Below are positions 41,700 through 52,300 of a stretch of 64,000 nucleotides of DNA, in pieces. The notes under the pieces are model-generated. The model had not been told where the DNA came from, made no database searches, and saw nothing but the letters and a program-made list of their open reading frames with translations. Source of the stretch: Microcoleus sp. (lineage in GTDB: Bacteria; Cyanobacteriota; Cyanobacteriia; Cyanobacteriales; Microcoleaceae); contig JAYFMW010000006.1 of the NCBI GenBank assembly GCA_042408215.1, positions 384,001 through 448,000 on the forward strand, read 5' to 3'. Positions within the stretch are counted from its first letter, which is position 1. The number at the start of each line of letters is the position of its first letter. The position numbers and the translations under genes are program-made.

Positions 41700-41879
41700 G
41701 GAATGGGGCATGGGGCATGGGGGATGGGGGATGGGGGATGGGGAATGGGGCATTGCTAATTGGTAGTAAATCACCAATGACTAATGACTAATGACTAATG
41801 ACTACTGACTACTGACTACTGACTAATGACTACTGACTAATGACTACTGACTAATGACTACTGACTACTGACTACTAAC
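41700..41879. repeat. STRR arrays (GGGGATG/GGGCATG)n and (TGACTAA/TGACTAC)n
   Basis: Tandem heptamers visible directly. Confidence 0.9.
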
Positions 41880-41881
41880 TT

Positions 41882-43762
41882 ATGAGCTATGACCCCCGTT
41901 TTGACCGCTACCGATCGCCGAACTCGAAACGCCCAAAACAGCAGGACGATCGGACGAACTGGGCTAAACCAACGAAAAGGTCTGTTTCCGGCAACCCTAG
42001 CAGGCAGCCCAAACAGCAGTCGCAGCGCTTAAAACCTAACAAGTTCCGGTTGTGGGCTGTGTGGGCGGTGTTGATGCTGGGGGGGCTGGGGCTGGCTGTG
42101 AATTTGGTTTATTTGCAGGTGACGCGATCGACCGCGCTGCAAAAACAGGCCCAGGAGCAGCAAACTAGCAAAACTAAGCCGTTTGTGCCGAGACGCCCGA
42201 TTATTGACCGCAACGGGAATGTTTTGGCGATCGACAGACAGGTGTACACGCTCTACGCTCACCCGAAGTTATTCAAGCACACAAAGGCGGAAATCGCAGC
42301 TAAATTGGCTCCCATGCTCCCCATCAAAGTTAGGGCGGGGAATACGGCGGAAACAGAATTGCTGCAAAATTTCAACCTGGCTGAAAGCGGGATTAAACTT
42401 GCTGATTGGCTACCTCAAGAAGTGGCCGATCGAGTGGGTAGGATGCAAATTAAAGATAGTCTGGTGGATGGCTTGGAGTTGGTGCGACAGCAGCAGCGTT
42501 TTTACCCGCAGCAGGAATTAGTAGCCGATGTCCTTGGTTATGTGGATGAGGATCGGAAGGGGCAAGCAGGGGTAGAATACAGCCAGCAGAATTTGTTGGA
42601 ACGATCGATGCCGTCGATTCAATATAGCAAGTCGATCGATGGGAATTGGGTTCCCGATGGACTGTCGGCGGGATTTGTCCAATTGGATGACTTGAAATTG
42701 CAATTGACGATCGACAGCCGTTTGCAGCGGGCGGCGCGGATTGCTCTCAAGGAAAAAATGGAGAAACACGAGGCGAAGCGGGGCACGGTGATTGTGATGG
42801 ATGCCCGTAATGGGGAGTTGCTGTCGATGGTGGCGGAACCTTCTTATGACCCGAATCAGTATTTTAATTTTGGTTTGGAACGTTATAAAAATTGGGCTGT
42901 AACTGATGTTTACGAACCTGGTTCGACTTTTAAAGCGATTAATGTAGCGATCGCCCTAGAAGCGGGTGCCATCAAAGGTGATAGTGTATTTAACGACGAA
43001 GGTCGGATTTACATGAATCCCTGGACTATTCAAAATGCGGATTACCGATCGGCAGGGGCGCGCGGCCCTTCGACGGTGACAGATATTTTGAAACGTTCTA
43101 GTAATGTGGGGATGGTTCACATTATGAACACCATGAAACCTTCTCTTTACTATCAAGCTTTAGAAAAACTGGGACTGGGACAAAGTGCGGGAACAGATTT
43201 ACCTTTTGAAGTAACCAGTCAGCTAAAAAATCGAGAGCAATTTATTAATTCTCCGGTGGAAGTTGCTACTACTGCTTTTGGTCAAGGTTTTTCGATCACT
43301 CCGATTCAATTGGTGCAGCTTAATGGGGCTTTAGCAAACGGTGGCAAGTTAGTAACTCCTCACGTTGTGCGGGGACTTTTCGATCGGGAAGGCCAAGCTT
43401 ATTGGAAGCTTCCGAGGGCTGTAGTGAAGCAAGTTTTTTCGCCGGAAACTACTAAGCAAGTTTTAGAAATGATGGAAAGTGTTGTTGATGGAGGTACGGG
43501 GAAAGCCGCACAAATTCCCGGCTATCGGATTGCGGGGAAAACGGGTACGGCTCAAAAAGCTAGTGTTGGTGGTGGTGGTTATTCTAAGGCGATAATTACT
43601 AGCTTTGTGGGGATTATGCCTGTGAACGATCCTCGGTATGTGGTTTTGGCGGTGATTGATGAGCCGAAAGGGGGTTCGGGGGGGACTGTGGCGGGGCCGA
43701 TTGTGGAGTCGGTGATGGAGGCGCTGATTAGTATTGAGAAGATTCCACCTAGTCAGAAGTAG
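41882..43762 (+). CDS. ftsI: Class B penicillin-binding protein (FtsI/PBP3)
   Basis: RRPIIDRNG, QRFYP, GQAGVE, EPGSTFK, SSN, GKTGTAQK. Confidence 0.88.
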   Translation: MSYDPRFDRYRSPNSKRPKQQDDRTNWAKPTKRSVSGNPSRQPKQQSQRLKPNKFRLWAVWAVLMLGGLGLAVNLVYLQVTRSTALQKQAQEQQTSKTKPFVPRRPIIDRNGNVLAIDRQVYTLYAHPKLFKHTKAEIAAKLAPMLPIKVRAGNTAETELLQNFNLAESGIKLADWLPQEVADRVGRMQIKDSLVDGLELVRQQQRFYPQQELVADVLGYVDEDRKGQAGVEYSQQNLLERSMPSIQYSKSIDGNWVPDGLSAGFVQLDDLKLQLTIDSRLQRAARIALKEKMEKHEAKRGTVIVMDARNGELLSMVAEPSYDPNQYFNFGLERYKNWAVTDVYEPGSTFKAINVAIALEAGAIKGDSVFNDEGRIYMNPWTIQNADYRSAGARGPSTVTDILKRSSNVGMVHIMNTMKPSLYYQALEKLGLGQSAGTDLPFEVTSQLKNREQFINSPVEVATTAFGQGFSITPIQLVQLNGALANGGKLVTPHVVRGLFDREGQAYWKLPRAVVKQVFSPETTKQVLEMMESVVDGGTGKAAQIPGYRIAGKTGTAQKASVGGGGYSKAIITSFVGIMPVNDPRYVVLAVIDEPKGGSGGTVAGPIVESVMEALISIEKIPPSQK

Positions 43763-43784
43763 CAAGGTCGGACACTCCACCGTG

Positions 43785-45750
43785 CCCTTCTTTGTGTCAA
43801 CAATCGCCTGAAACCCTTGGTATCTCTCGCTTTTACGCTAAGTCTAGATCCCCCTAAATCCCCCTTAAGAAGGGGGACTTTGATCGGAATCTTGTCCCCC
43901 CCTTCTTAAGGGGGGTTAGGGGGGATCTGGGACTAATAGTCAAACAACAGTCTCTGACTGGGTTTGACCTTAAGTTGACACTAAGAAGGGCACTGCCGTG
44001 TCCTGATTGCGGCCGTGTCCTGATTGCGGCCGTGTCCTAATTTCGGGCAATGCCGTTTCCCTACCCCCAAATCATCGATCGCGCGATCGCATTTAACCAT
44101 CCCCGATTCCTAGGGAGACTCCAGGAGCCCTTCTTTGTGTCAACAATCGCCTGAAACCCTTGGTATCTCTCGCTTTTACCTAAGTCTAGATCCCCCTAAA
44201 TCCCCCTTAAGAAGGGGGACTTTGAGAAGAATCTTGTCCCCCCCTTCTTAAGGGGGGTTAGGGGGGATCTGGCCTTAATAGTCAAACAACAGTCTCTGAC
44301 TGGGTTTGACCTTAAGTTGACACTAAGAAGGGCACTGCCGTGTCCTGATTGCGGCCGTGTCCTGATTGCGGCCGTGTCCTAATTTCGGGCAATGCCGTTT
44401 CCCTACCCCTAAATCATCATCGCGCGATCGCATTTAACCATCCCCGATTCCTAGGGACACTCCAGGAGCCCTTCTTTGTGTCAACAATCGCCTGAAAGCC
44501 TTGAGAAATCTAGTTCACAGTCGAGTCTAGATCCCCCTAAATCCCCCTTAAGAAGGGGGACTTTGATCGGAATCTTGTCCCCCCCTTCTTAAGGGGGGTT
44601 AGGGGGGATCTGGCCTTAATAGTCAAACAACAGTCTCTGACTGGGTTTGACCTTAAGTTGACACTAAGAAGGGCACTGCCGTGTCCTGATTGCGGCCGTG
44701 TCCTGATGGCGGCCGTGTCCTGATTTCGGGCAATGCCGTTTCCCTACCCCCAAATCATCATCGCGCGATCGCATTTAACCATCCCCGATTCCTAGGGAGA
44801 CTCCAGGAGCCCTTCTTCGTGTCAACAATCGCCTGAAACCCTTGAGAAATCTGGGTTTTACGCCAAGTCTAGATCCCCCTAAATCCCCCTTAAGAAGGGG
44901 GACTTTGAGAAGAATCTTGTCCCCCCCTTCTTAAGGGGGGTTAGGGGGGATCTGGCCTTAATAGTCAAACAACAGTCTCTGACTGGGTTTGACCTTAAGT
45001 TGACACTAAGAAGGGCACTGCCGTGTCCTGATTGCGGCCGTGTCCTGATTGCAGCCGTGTCCTAATTTCGGGCAATGCCGTTTCCCTACCCCCTAAATCA
45101 TCATCGCGCGATCGCATTTAACCATCCCCGATTCCTAGGGACACTCCAGGCGCCCTTCTTTGTGTCAACAATCGCCTGAAACCTTGGTATCTCTCGCTTT
45201 TACCTAAGTCTAGATCCCCCTAAATCCCCCTTAAGAAGGGGGACTTTGAGAAGACTCCTGTCCCCCCCTTCTTAAGGGGGGCTAGGGGGGATCTGGCCTT
45301 AATAGTCAAACAGCAATCTCTGACTGGGTTTGACCTTAAGTTGACACCAATGGGCACGCTTGAGTGTCCTGATTGCGGCCTTGTCCTGATTACTGCCTTG
45401 TCCTAATTTCGGGCAATGCCGTTTCCCTACCCCTAAAACATCATCGCGCGATCGCATTTAACCATCCCCGATTCCTAGGGAGACTCCAGGAGCCCTTCTT
45501 TGTGTCAACAATCGCCTGAAACCCTTGAGAAATCTGGGTTTTACGCCAAGTCTAGATCCCCCTAAATCCCCCTTAAGAAGGGGGACTTTGATCGGAATCT
45601 TGTCCCCCCCTTCTTAAGGGGGGCTAGGGGGGATCTGGCCTTAATAGTCAAACAACAGTCTCTGACTGGGTTTGACCTTAAGTTGACACTAAGAAGGGCA
45701 CTGCCGTGTCCTGATTGCGGCCGTGTCCTGATTGCAGCCGTGTCCTGATT
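43785..45750. repeat. Tandem array of six ~342-bp units built from a nested MITE/REP
   Basis: Unit starts (CCCTTCTT) at 43785, 44128, 44469, 44810, 45153 and 45493; last unit truncated; core is the reverse complement of ~2990-3190. Confidence 0.92.
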
Positions 45751-45759
45751 TGATTAATC

Positions 45760-46392
45760 TCAGTAACAAAATCTATTTTTATCGTTGTCTGGATTAGGTT
45801 TGCTTTGTCTTTGGGCGATGCGTTTGTGCCCTAAAATTGTAGAGATGATGACGCATCGATCGCCATTTTTGAGATGAGGATGATATAGTGTTAGGGTTCC
45901 TTTTGCTTGTATACTGGTTAGACCGCACTCGTCACTGACTTTATACACTGGGCAACCTTGGTAATTGAATAGGGCACGCCAGACAGTTCCATTTTCTTTG
46001 ACTAGATTTGTGTTCTCATTGACCTTACGCAATGTTGTGTCATTTGTATTGATCTGAATTTGGGGCTCTAAGCTTTTCCATTCACCGGCGGGTACTTTGG
46101 CTGGGGAAATATCGGATTTGTGAACTGCTACTTGTACTGTTTCTCCGACTTGTTTGAAGCTGGCTTGGTATGCGATGTTGTCGCGTTTGGCGTTGCTGCG
46201 GGCTGTTACCATTGCGGAATAAGCTCTGTCTAGTGATAGTTTTAAGCGGTAGTTGTTGATGAACATTAGCCAGCTTGGGGCGACGAGGGCGCTGAATATT
46301 CCGATGATTAAGACGATGATTAATATTTCAAGCATTGTAAAACCCGCAGCAGATGCAGTTGCTCTGCTTTTGATCGCTTTATTTATTGACAT
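45760..46392 (-). CDS. Prepilin-type minor pilin/pseudopilin (FimT/GspH-like)
   Basis: G-FTMLEILIIVLIIGI cleavage/methylation motif; C-terminal RCVIISTILG. Confidence 0.88.
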   Translation of the reverse strand: MSINKAIKSRATASAAGFTMLEILIIVLIIGIFSALVAPSWLMFINNYRLKLSLDRAYSAMVTARSNAKRDNIAYQASFKQVGETVQVAVHKSDISPAKVPAGEWKSLEPQIQINTNDTTLRKVNENTNLVKENGTVWRALFNYQGCPVYKVSDECGLTSIQAKGTLTLYHPHLKNGDRCVIISTILGHKRIAQRQSKPNPDNDKNRFCY

Positions 46393-46838
46393 TTGGATGC
46401 ACTCCTAAATGTTTGGGTTGAAAAAAAGTTAGGGCGGCTATTTTAGATTTGGTTTATTTTAAGTGCTGAATTTGGTGTTTGTGTAGATCGGTATTTACTG
46501 AATTTTGGGAAAATGCCCGATCGCACTTTCGATGTGGATCATATTTGTGAGGGATCGATCGCATTTTGGATCGATGAATATGGAAAACCAGGGTTTTGTA
46601 GGGGTAATGTTTCGGTGCCTACCCCACCCCACTTTCAACGCGAGGTTTCTACTGGCTATTTTGCTTGATTGACGTCAATAGTTGATTTCATGGTTAGACG
46701 ATTATTTGTTTTAGTTCTAATAGCATAGTTTGTCTGTTTTGATTGGATTTGCAATATAAAATAATTTAAATTAATATATCTTAACAATTCAGGACTGACG
46801 CGGAATTGATGTTAGAGATTGAAAAAATATCTGCGGGG

Positions 46839-47474
46839 CTACGGGCAACCCGTCCCTTCATCAGTTGTCATTGCTCCTAAAATGGTTTGAACAATCACAC
46901 ACTTTTTCGCACCAGGAACAGGAGCAACTGTGACAGAAAAGCCATCAGTTATTTGTCGTGGTGTTTGAGTCTGTATTAATGGGCTTGTGATGTTTCCTTG
47001 ATAATCAAAGGTAATTGATTTGATTGTCTTATCTGCATTAGCTTGAGTTGAAAGTACAATAGTGCCGGGTTTGATTTCACCGCCGCCGTTGAAAGTCACT
47101 GTTTGTATCGGAGAGGTTGTTGTGAGAGCGGTTTGTAGGGGAGGGTTTGTGGTCGGATCTGTTAGGTTAATCGTAACTTTTGGCGGATCGACAGATGTAT
47201 CAAATGTAACTGTGATATTGCGCTTATTTCGCTTTGCTTCGCTTTGTGCACTTCGCAAGGTTTGGAAAACGCGATCGTTCACAGTGCGAACCCTTTGATT
47301 GTTGATGAATGCCAGCCAACCGGGAACGGCGATCGAGGTTAGTATACCTACGATCAACACTATCATCATCATTTCTAGAAGAGAGAACCCCTCATCGCCC
47401 TTTCTGGATGTTGGAAATTGCGGGTTGCTAGTCTTAGAAATCTGCAAGACTTTTAATAATATTGGGATTTTCAT
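46839..47474 (-). CDS. Prepilin-type pseudopilin (HpsD position)
   Basis: G-FSLLEMMMIVLIVGIL; KKCVIVQTILG..GC. Confidence 0.88.
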   Translation of the reverse strand: MKIPILLKVLQISKTSNPQFPTSRKGDEGFSLLEMMMIVLIVGILTSIAVPGWLAFINNQRVRTVNDRVFQTLRSAQSEAKRNKRNITVTFDTSVDPPKVTINLTDPTTNPPLQTALTTTSPIQTVTFNGGGEIKPGTIVLSTQANADKTIKSITFDYQGNITSPLIQTQTPRQITDGFSVTVAPVPGAKKCVIVQTILGAMTTDEGTGCP

Positions 47475-47532
47475 TTTACTCTCCTGTGTGCTCTGCTATT
47501 GGCGCGATTCGGAAATCAGTATCAGACATCAG

Positions 47533-48597
47533 TTATTTTCCTACCGCACCGAGACCTTTTACTTGCACGGTTGTTATTGGGAAAAATGCCAATTTGTTGG
47601 GATCATAATCAACATCGTTGAGTTGAATGCGGCGCAGGCTATTTCCTCTGATTGTGACTCTGGCTATGTTATTAGATGTATCAACACAAGCGTAGAAGCT
47701 GTTGGTTGAGTTGTCTGTTATTTTTAAAGTTGTTTCTGGGACTGCTATGTTAGTTTTTAGGTTGATAGGATTACCAAGAGCAGTCTGGCATTCAGTGCCT
47801 GTGACTGTCGGCCCTGCGCTGTGGTCGATGTAGTTAACCAATACTTCATGATTGGGAAAACCGGCTCCCGTCGTCACATTTACCGTGGGCTTACTCAAGT
47901 CAAAACTTGTATTAAAAGCTATATCTCGTTGTTGAGTGTCTTTTGTTTCAGTATCACTGTAGTAAAGATCTGCCATACTTGTCGCGTTAGGGTTTCTGAT
48001 TCCATCCGTAATTTCGTAGCGAGCAATGCGGGTAGGACAAGTGCCTCCTGAAGGCTGACACCAAGTAGCGTCGCTGTCTTTAAACTGGTAGTAGGCAACT
48101 AATGAAAGTACATAGGTGTCGTCGCATTTACCAGCGTTACTTGGCAGGTCGCAGGTTTTTGGTGTTACCGTCTCAGCAACTTTTGGGTTAAAAGGAATAG
48201 AATTTTTCCTCGGTTGCTGCTTCCAAAATACGAGGATCGGAGTTCCATTATCAGGTTTAGGAAGTTGGTCTTTGATAGCAGGGATGCCTGTAGGAGTAGT
48301 GGTGGGAGTGCTGGTAGTAGCGGGATTATTATCATAAATATAAATAGCTTGGCTCAAATCTTGGGAGATGAAATCAGCGGCGGCCTGAATATCTTGCTCG
48401 GTGTTTGATTTGACTTGTTCTCTCCTGTCGGTATTCAGCATATCCACTACAAAGGTGAGCATCGGCGTAATGATCAGAAATGCCATAATCGAGCCGACTA
48501 ATAGCTCGACGAGAGTCATGCCTTTTTCTGTTTGAGCTGGCCCGGAGCGGTTTCGCTGGTGCTGACTTTTTAGAAGCAACCTGAGTAAAGTTTTCAT
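47533..48597 (-). CDS. hpsC: Hormogonium polysaccharide secretion pseudopilin HpsC-like
   Basis: G-MTLVELLV; DRREQVK..DLSQAIYIY; PILVFWK; LVAYY; third gene after hpsA. Confidence 0.72.
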   Translation of the reverse strand: MKTLLRLLLKSQHQRNRSGPAQTEKGMTLVELLVGSIMAFLIITPMLTFVVDMLNTDRREQVKSNTEQDIQAAADFISQDLSQAIYIYDNNPATTSTPTTTPTGIPAIKDQLPKPDNGTPILVFWKQQPRKNSIPFNPKVAETVTPKTCDLPSNAGKCDDTYVLSLVAYYQFKDSDATWCQPSGGTCPTRIARYEITDGIRNPNATSMADLYYSDTETKDTQQRDIAFNTSFDLSKPTVNVTTGAGFPNHEVLVNYIDHSAGPTVTGTECQTALGNPINLKTNIAVPETTLKITDNSTNSFYACVDTSNNIARVTIRGNSLRRIQLNDVDYDPNKLAFFPITTVQVKGLGAVGK

Positions 48598-48655
48598 TTT
48601 GACTTTTCCTCTGTCAAATGGGGGGAGCGATTTTAATCTAATAACAAGGAATTTG

Positions 48656-49360
48656 CTAGTGACACTTTAGAGAACCATCTTTGAGGCGATCGCACAACGA
48701 TCCATACGCGGAGGCCTCTCCTGTAGGGGGAATTTGTGATTGCATTACCACCAAAGGCGCTTGAGGATTGCCCAGAGCGGAATTAGCGACTGATTGCTGT
48801 GTAGTTGTCATCGTCTTTCCGGTAAACCCATCCGCCCGGTAAACCCGCACAGTCAGGTCGTAGCCTGTTGTTGTCGGATCGGTGGTCGGATTAGCTGGAT
48901 TTCGCCAAGCGCCCTGAACGTAAAAGTCTTTGTTGCTGTTGGGGGAACAACCTCCCCCATCCGTGTCAACGCAGTACAAAATAGCAAGGTTTGTAGGAGC
49001 AGCAGGAATAGTAGCAGCATCTGCGACAGGGAAACCTGTATCTGTCGATTTGATCGCCCCCGCTCGCAAACCATCAACGTAAGCTCTCCCCGCCATCGCA
49101 GCCAGTTCGATCCGCCGCGCTTGGACGCGAATTGCTACTGAGTAGGCCATCACAGGGGCGATCGCAATCATCAGTACCGAAACCACAACCATCGCTACCA
49201 ACGACTCCATAATCGTGTAGCCAGAATCTTGTGGCTTCGATTTTTGGGCGCAACTCCCAGATTTACTCTCAGTCGGCTGGCTGCTGAATTCTGTTTCTGT
49301 CTTTGCTCCCTCGAATAACAAGGGTTGCGAGTAGCTGTTGTCTTTTAGTAGTTTATTCAT
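48656..49360 (-). CDS. hpsB: Hormogonium polysaccharide secretion pseudopilin HpsB-like
   Basis: G-YTIMESLVAMVVVSVLM; RVQARRIELA; VRVYRAD; directly after hpsA. Confidence 0.72.
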   Translation of the reverse strand: MNKLLKDNSYSQPLLFEGAKTETEFSSQPTESKSGSCAQKSKPQDSGYTIMESLVAMVVVSVLMIAIAPVMAYSVAIRVQARRIELAAMAGRAYVDGLRAGAIKSTDTGFPVADAATIPAAPTNLAILYCVDTDGGGCSPNSNKDFYVQGAWRNPANPTTDPTTTGYDLTVRVYRADGFTGKTMTTTQQSVANSALGNPQAPLVVMQSQIPPTGEASAYGSLCDRLKDGSLKCH

Positions 49361-49362
49361 GA

Positions 49363-52300
49363 TTAGGCACCTGCTTTAGATTTGCAGAATGAATCTGTTG
49401 GGCGCAAATTGCTACTGACAGCTTTCGTTGTCCCCGCAGTGTCATCAATGAAGGCACACAACAATGTTTGTACCCACTCATCATCGCGAGGTACTTCCTG
49501 GAAATACTCGTCCGGGGTGCGTTTTGTGGGAGGAGTCGTGAACTTTCGGGTAAACAAGTCGGGCGGCTGAGATAGTAAGCCCAAGTCATAACCCCAATTC
49601 CGAGCAGGAGGGCTGAAGAAGGGAATGCTACCGTTGCCGCATCAGTTCTGTATGAAAGCTTTTGGAACACCGCCATTGTAAGTGACTGCGGGTGGGGCTG
49701 GGCTCGGTGGGTTTGGCGGTGAATCGAAAAGACTCCGCAACTTAGTGGAGTGAAGCTTGTCTGCTGCGACGCCTCCAGATCTAGAATCGGGATATAGGGC
49801 GCGGTGTTGTAGGCACTCCGACCGAACTGAATAAAGGAACCCTGGATATTTGTGGAAACTGCCCCGGAATCCCAGCTTTCCAAGAAGCGGGGCAAGTTTT
49901 GCAGACCGCCGTTAAAGTCACCGACATTACCGAGCGATCGCGAAGGAGTATCGTTCGAGCCTACGACCATATTAAATGTTGTCGTGTACAGCCCTCGTTA
50001 TCCACCCGGTCTTCCCTCACAACACCTGCACCTGTCTGGCAAGGTGGTCGATGAAGCAGCCGCTGGCGCCGCCGTCACAGTTTGGATCTGCAAAACCGGC
50101 ATGAGTAGCGGCTGCGAGCTTTCGTTCGTTGCTTGTGCGACTAATTTTGGCAGATCTGCACCGCTCCCGTCCTTCAGCGCCTGGTTAAACACATAGGGAA
50201 GATTGTTCTGAGCCGTAAGTCACTGTAGTAGCGGCATACGCATCAGTCGTCGCAAACCACAGAGAATTATCTGTTGTTAAATTTGTGCCTGGCCCACTAA
50301 CAACTGTAGCTGATGTTCCTGTGCCACTAATCCCTAATGGCACAGGAGTAGTTGGCGTATTAATGGGTAAGTGTAAGTAGGCGGGATAGTTGGAGGGCTA
50401 GCAGGAGTTCTCGTTCTCAAAAAAGCAACACGGCGGGGGAAGCGTTGCAATTCTGGGGTTGGCGGGGTAGCTGTTGTTCCGGCTCCGGCTATAAAGTCTG
50501 CACCGGTAATGTTAGTGTCTGCCCTTTTGGGTGTTGTCCCCAGAGTTACGAACCAGTCTGCATCCGTACACGCAGAAACCGGGATTTTGTTACAAACTTC
50601 CATTAAATACTCTGGGAATTTACCGCGCCGCTGCACTGGAGTGACGAAGTTGTTGAAGTAAGAACTGCTAACAGGATTGCTATTTTTTGCGTAGTTGTCG
50701 TCTGTAAGTGTTGTGCCTCCTGTGTTGACTAATTGACCGCTCGTAGCATTGAACGCCCCGCTGGAAAGTCCGTTTGTCACAAAGTTGTTGTTGAAAAATC
50801 CTTGCTGTTTGCGAAGCATTACAGCAGCAGCACCGGCATTATTTCTCAGGTCAAAATCTCCCTCGTTGCGGAAGCCAAAACGGTAATTTTTTGAAAGCAG
50901 GGTGACAGCATCTGCCAGTATGTTTGCGGGACGCCAGGTGTCGCCGGTTGTACATTTACCACCTAATCTGGGGTCGCTTGGGCGACAGGCAAAGTTCTTA
51001 TTGAGGTTTGCGGCTGCGCGATCGTAAAAGGCACTCCAATCACCCACGGCCTGAGTAAACTCTTCGCCGGAGTGAGGGTTAAATTCGTCTTTGATGTAAA
51101 CGGGCAAATTAGATGCCAAAGTCAGCCCCTTTTCCATGACTACATCCGCCACAGTAGCGGAGGAACCAGGAACTCTGCCTAGCTCCTTACCATTAACAAG
51201 TAGAATTCCGTTGGGCTTGCGAGTAGGGTCTAGCCGGGAATCTGTGGGGCTGACTGTTGCGCTGCTACTTTCATCTATGCCACCTGCGGCAAGACCAGGG
51301 CGAGCACTGCGATCGGGCAGGGCATCATCTCGGCTGGCATAAATAATCCCGCTGTTTGGCAGTAAATACTCGTCCGTTCCAAATTTAGTCCTTCGCAGTA
51401 CATCGAGGTCTATCTGAGTGGCACGAATTTCTAGGGGTTGCCTTTCTTCTAAGGGCTGGTTGTAGTTCCCTGTTAGCTTTGCTGCTGGTGGGTTTTTACC
51501 ATCGTGGTCGAGACCTAGTTTACTGCTGAGCGTAAAGGCTTCGTTAACGTTTGGGGTAGTCCGGTCATCGCGATCGATCGCCTTGATTTCTCTAGCATTC
51601 AAAAATGCTACTTCTTGGATAGCCCCGTGAGGAATCAGTGCCGGATTGGGAGGCCTATCTCGCCCTTAAGTATCTGTAGCGCGCAATTCGTTGAGTCGAT
51701 CGCAGCTTTTTCTGCCAAAGTGCGATCGGTGTCTGCTTTCTGAAGAGCATCTCTCAACGGCTTATTAGCAAACCGACCGTCGGGGAAGACTAAATTAGCT
51801 TGCATATCCAAAGCGGCTTCTCCGCCACTAAGCAAGCCTGTTGTAGCAGAAAGCGTTGAAGCGGCACCCGGTCGCGCTTTCGGGGGGGCGTAGGTGATGC
51901 CGTTGTTGGAGCCGATAAAGGCCTGCCGTGTTCCCAGTCCAGGTGCGCGTGTTGCGATATCTGGTGCGAGCGCTCCCTGGCCGCTGACATCGGTTAGGCT
52001 TCCCGTCGAGATGTTTTTCGCTGTGGAAGCGTTGCTAGGGTCGTAATAGCTGCTGACGCAGGCCAGCGGTTTGTCATTCAACTCTCCCTTGGCCGGGGGA
52101 TTATCTTCATAGTGATAAACTGCTGTCGCCCGCATCCGCAAGTCGCCCTTGGCATATTTCTTAGCGGTGGTAGCCTGCTCAACAATACCTGGAAGTAGAG
52201 TAGTAGAGGCGACTGCTGATGGGAGAGTTGCGCTGATATCGGTAGAACTAGACCAAGCTGGGAGCCAGGGAGTCCAGTTACCGGCAACATTATCATATAC

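Noticed and set aside
43785..45750. Possible CRISPR array
   Set aside because: The ~342-bp period is too long and the variable blocks recur, so they are not unique spacers.
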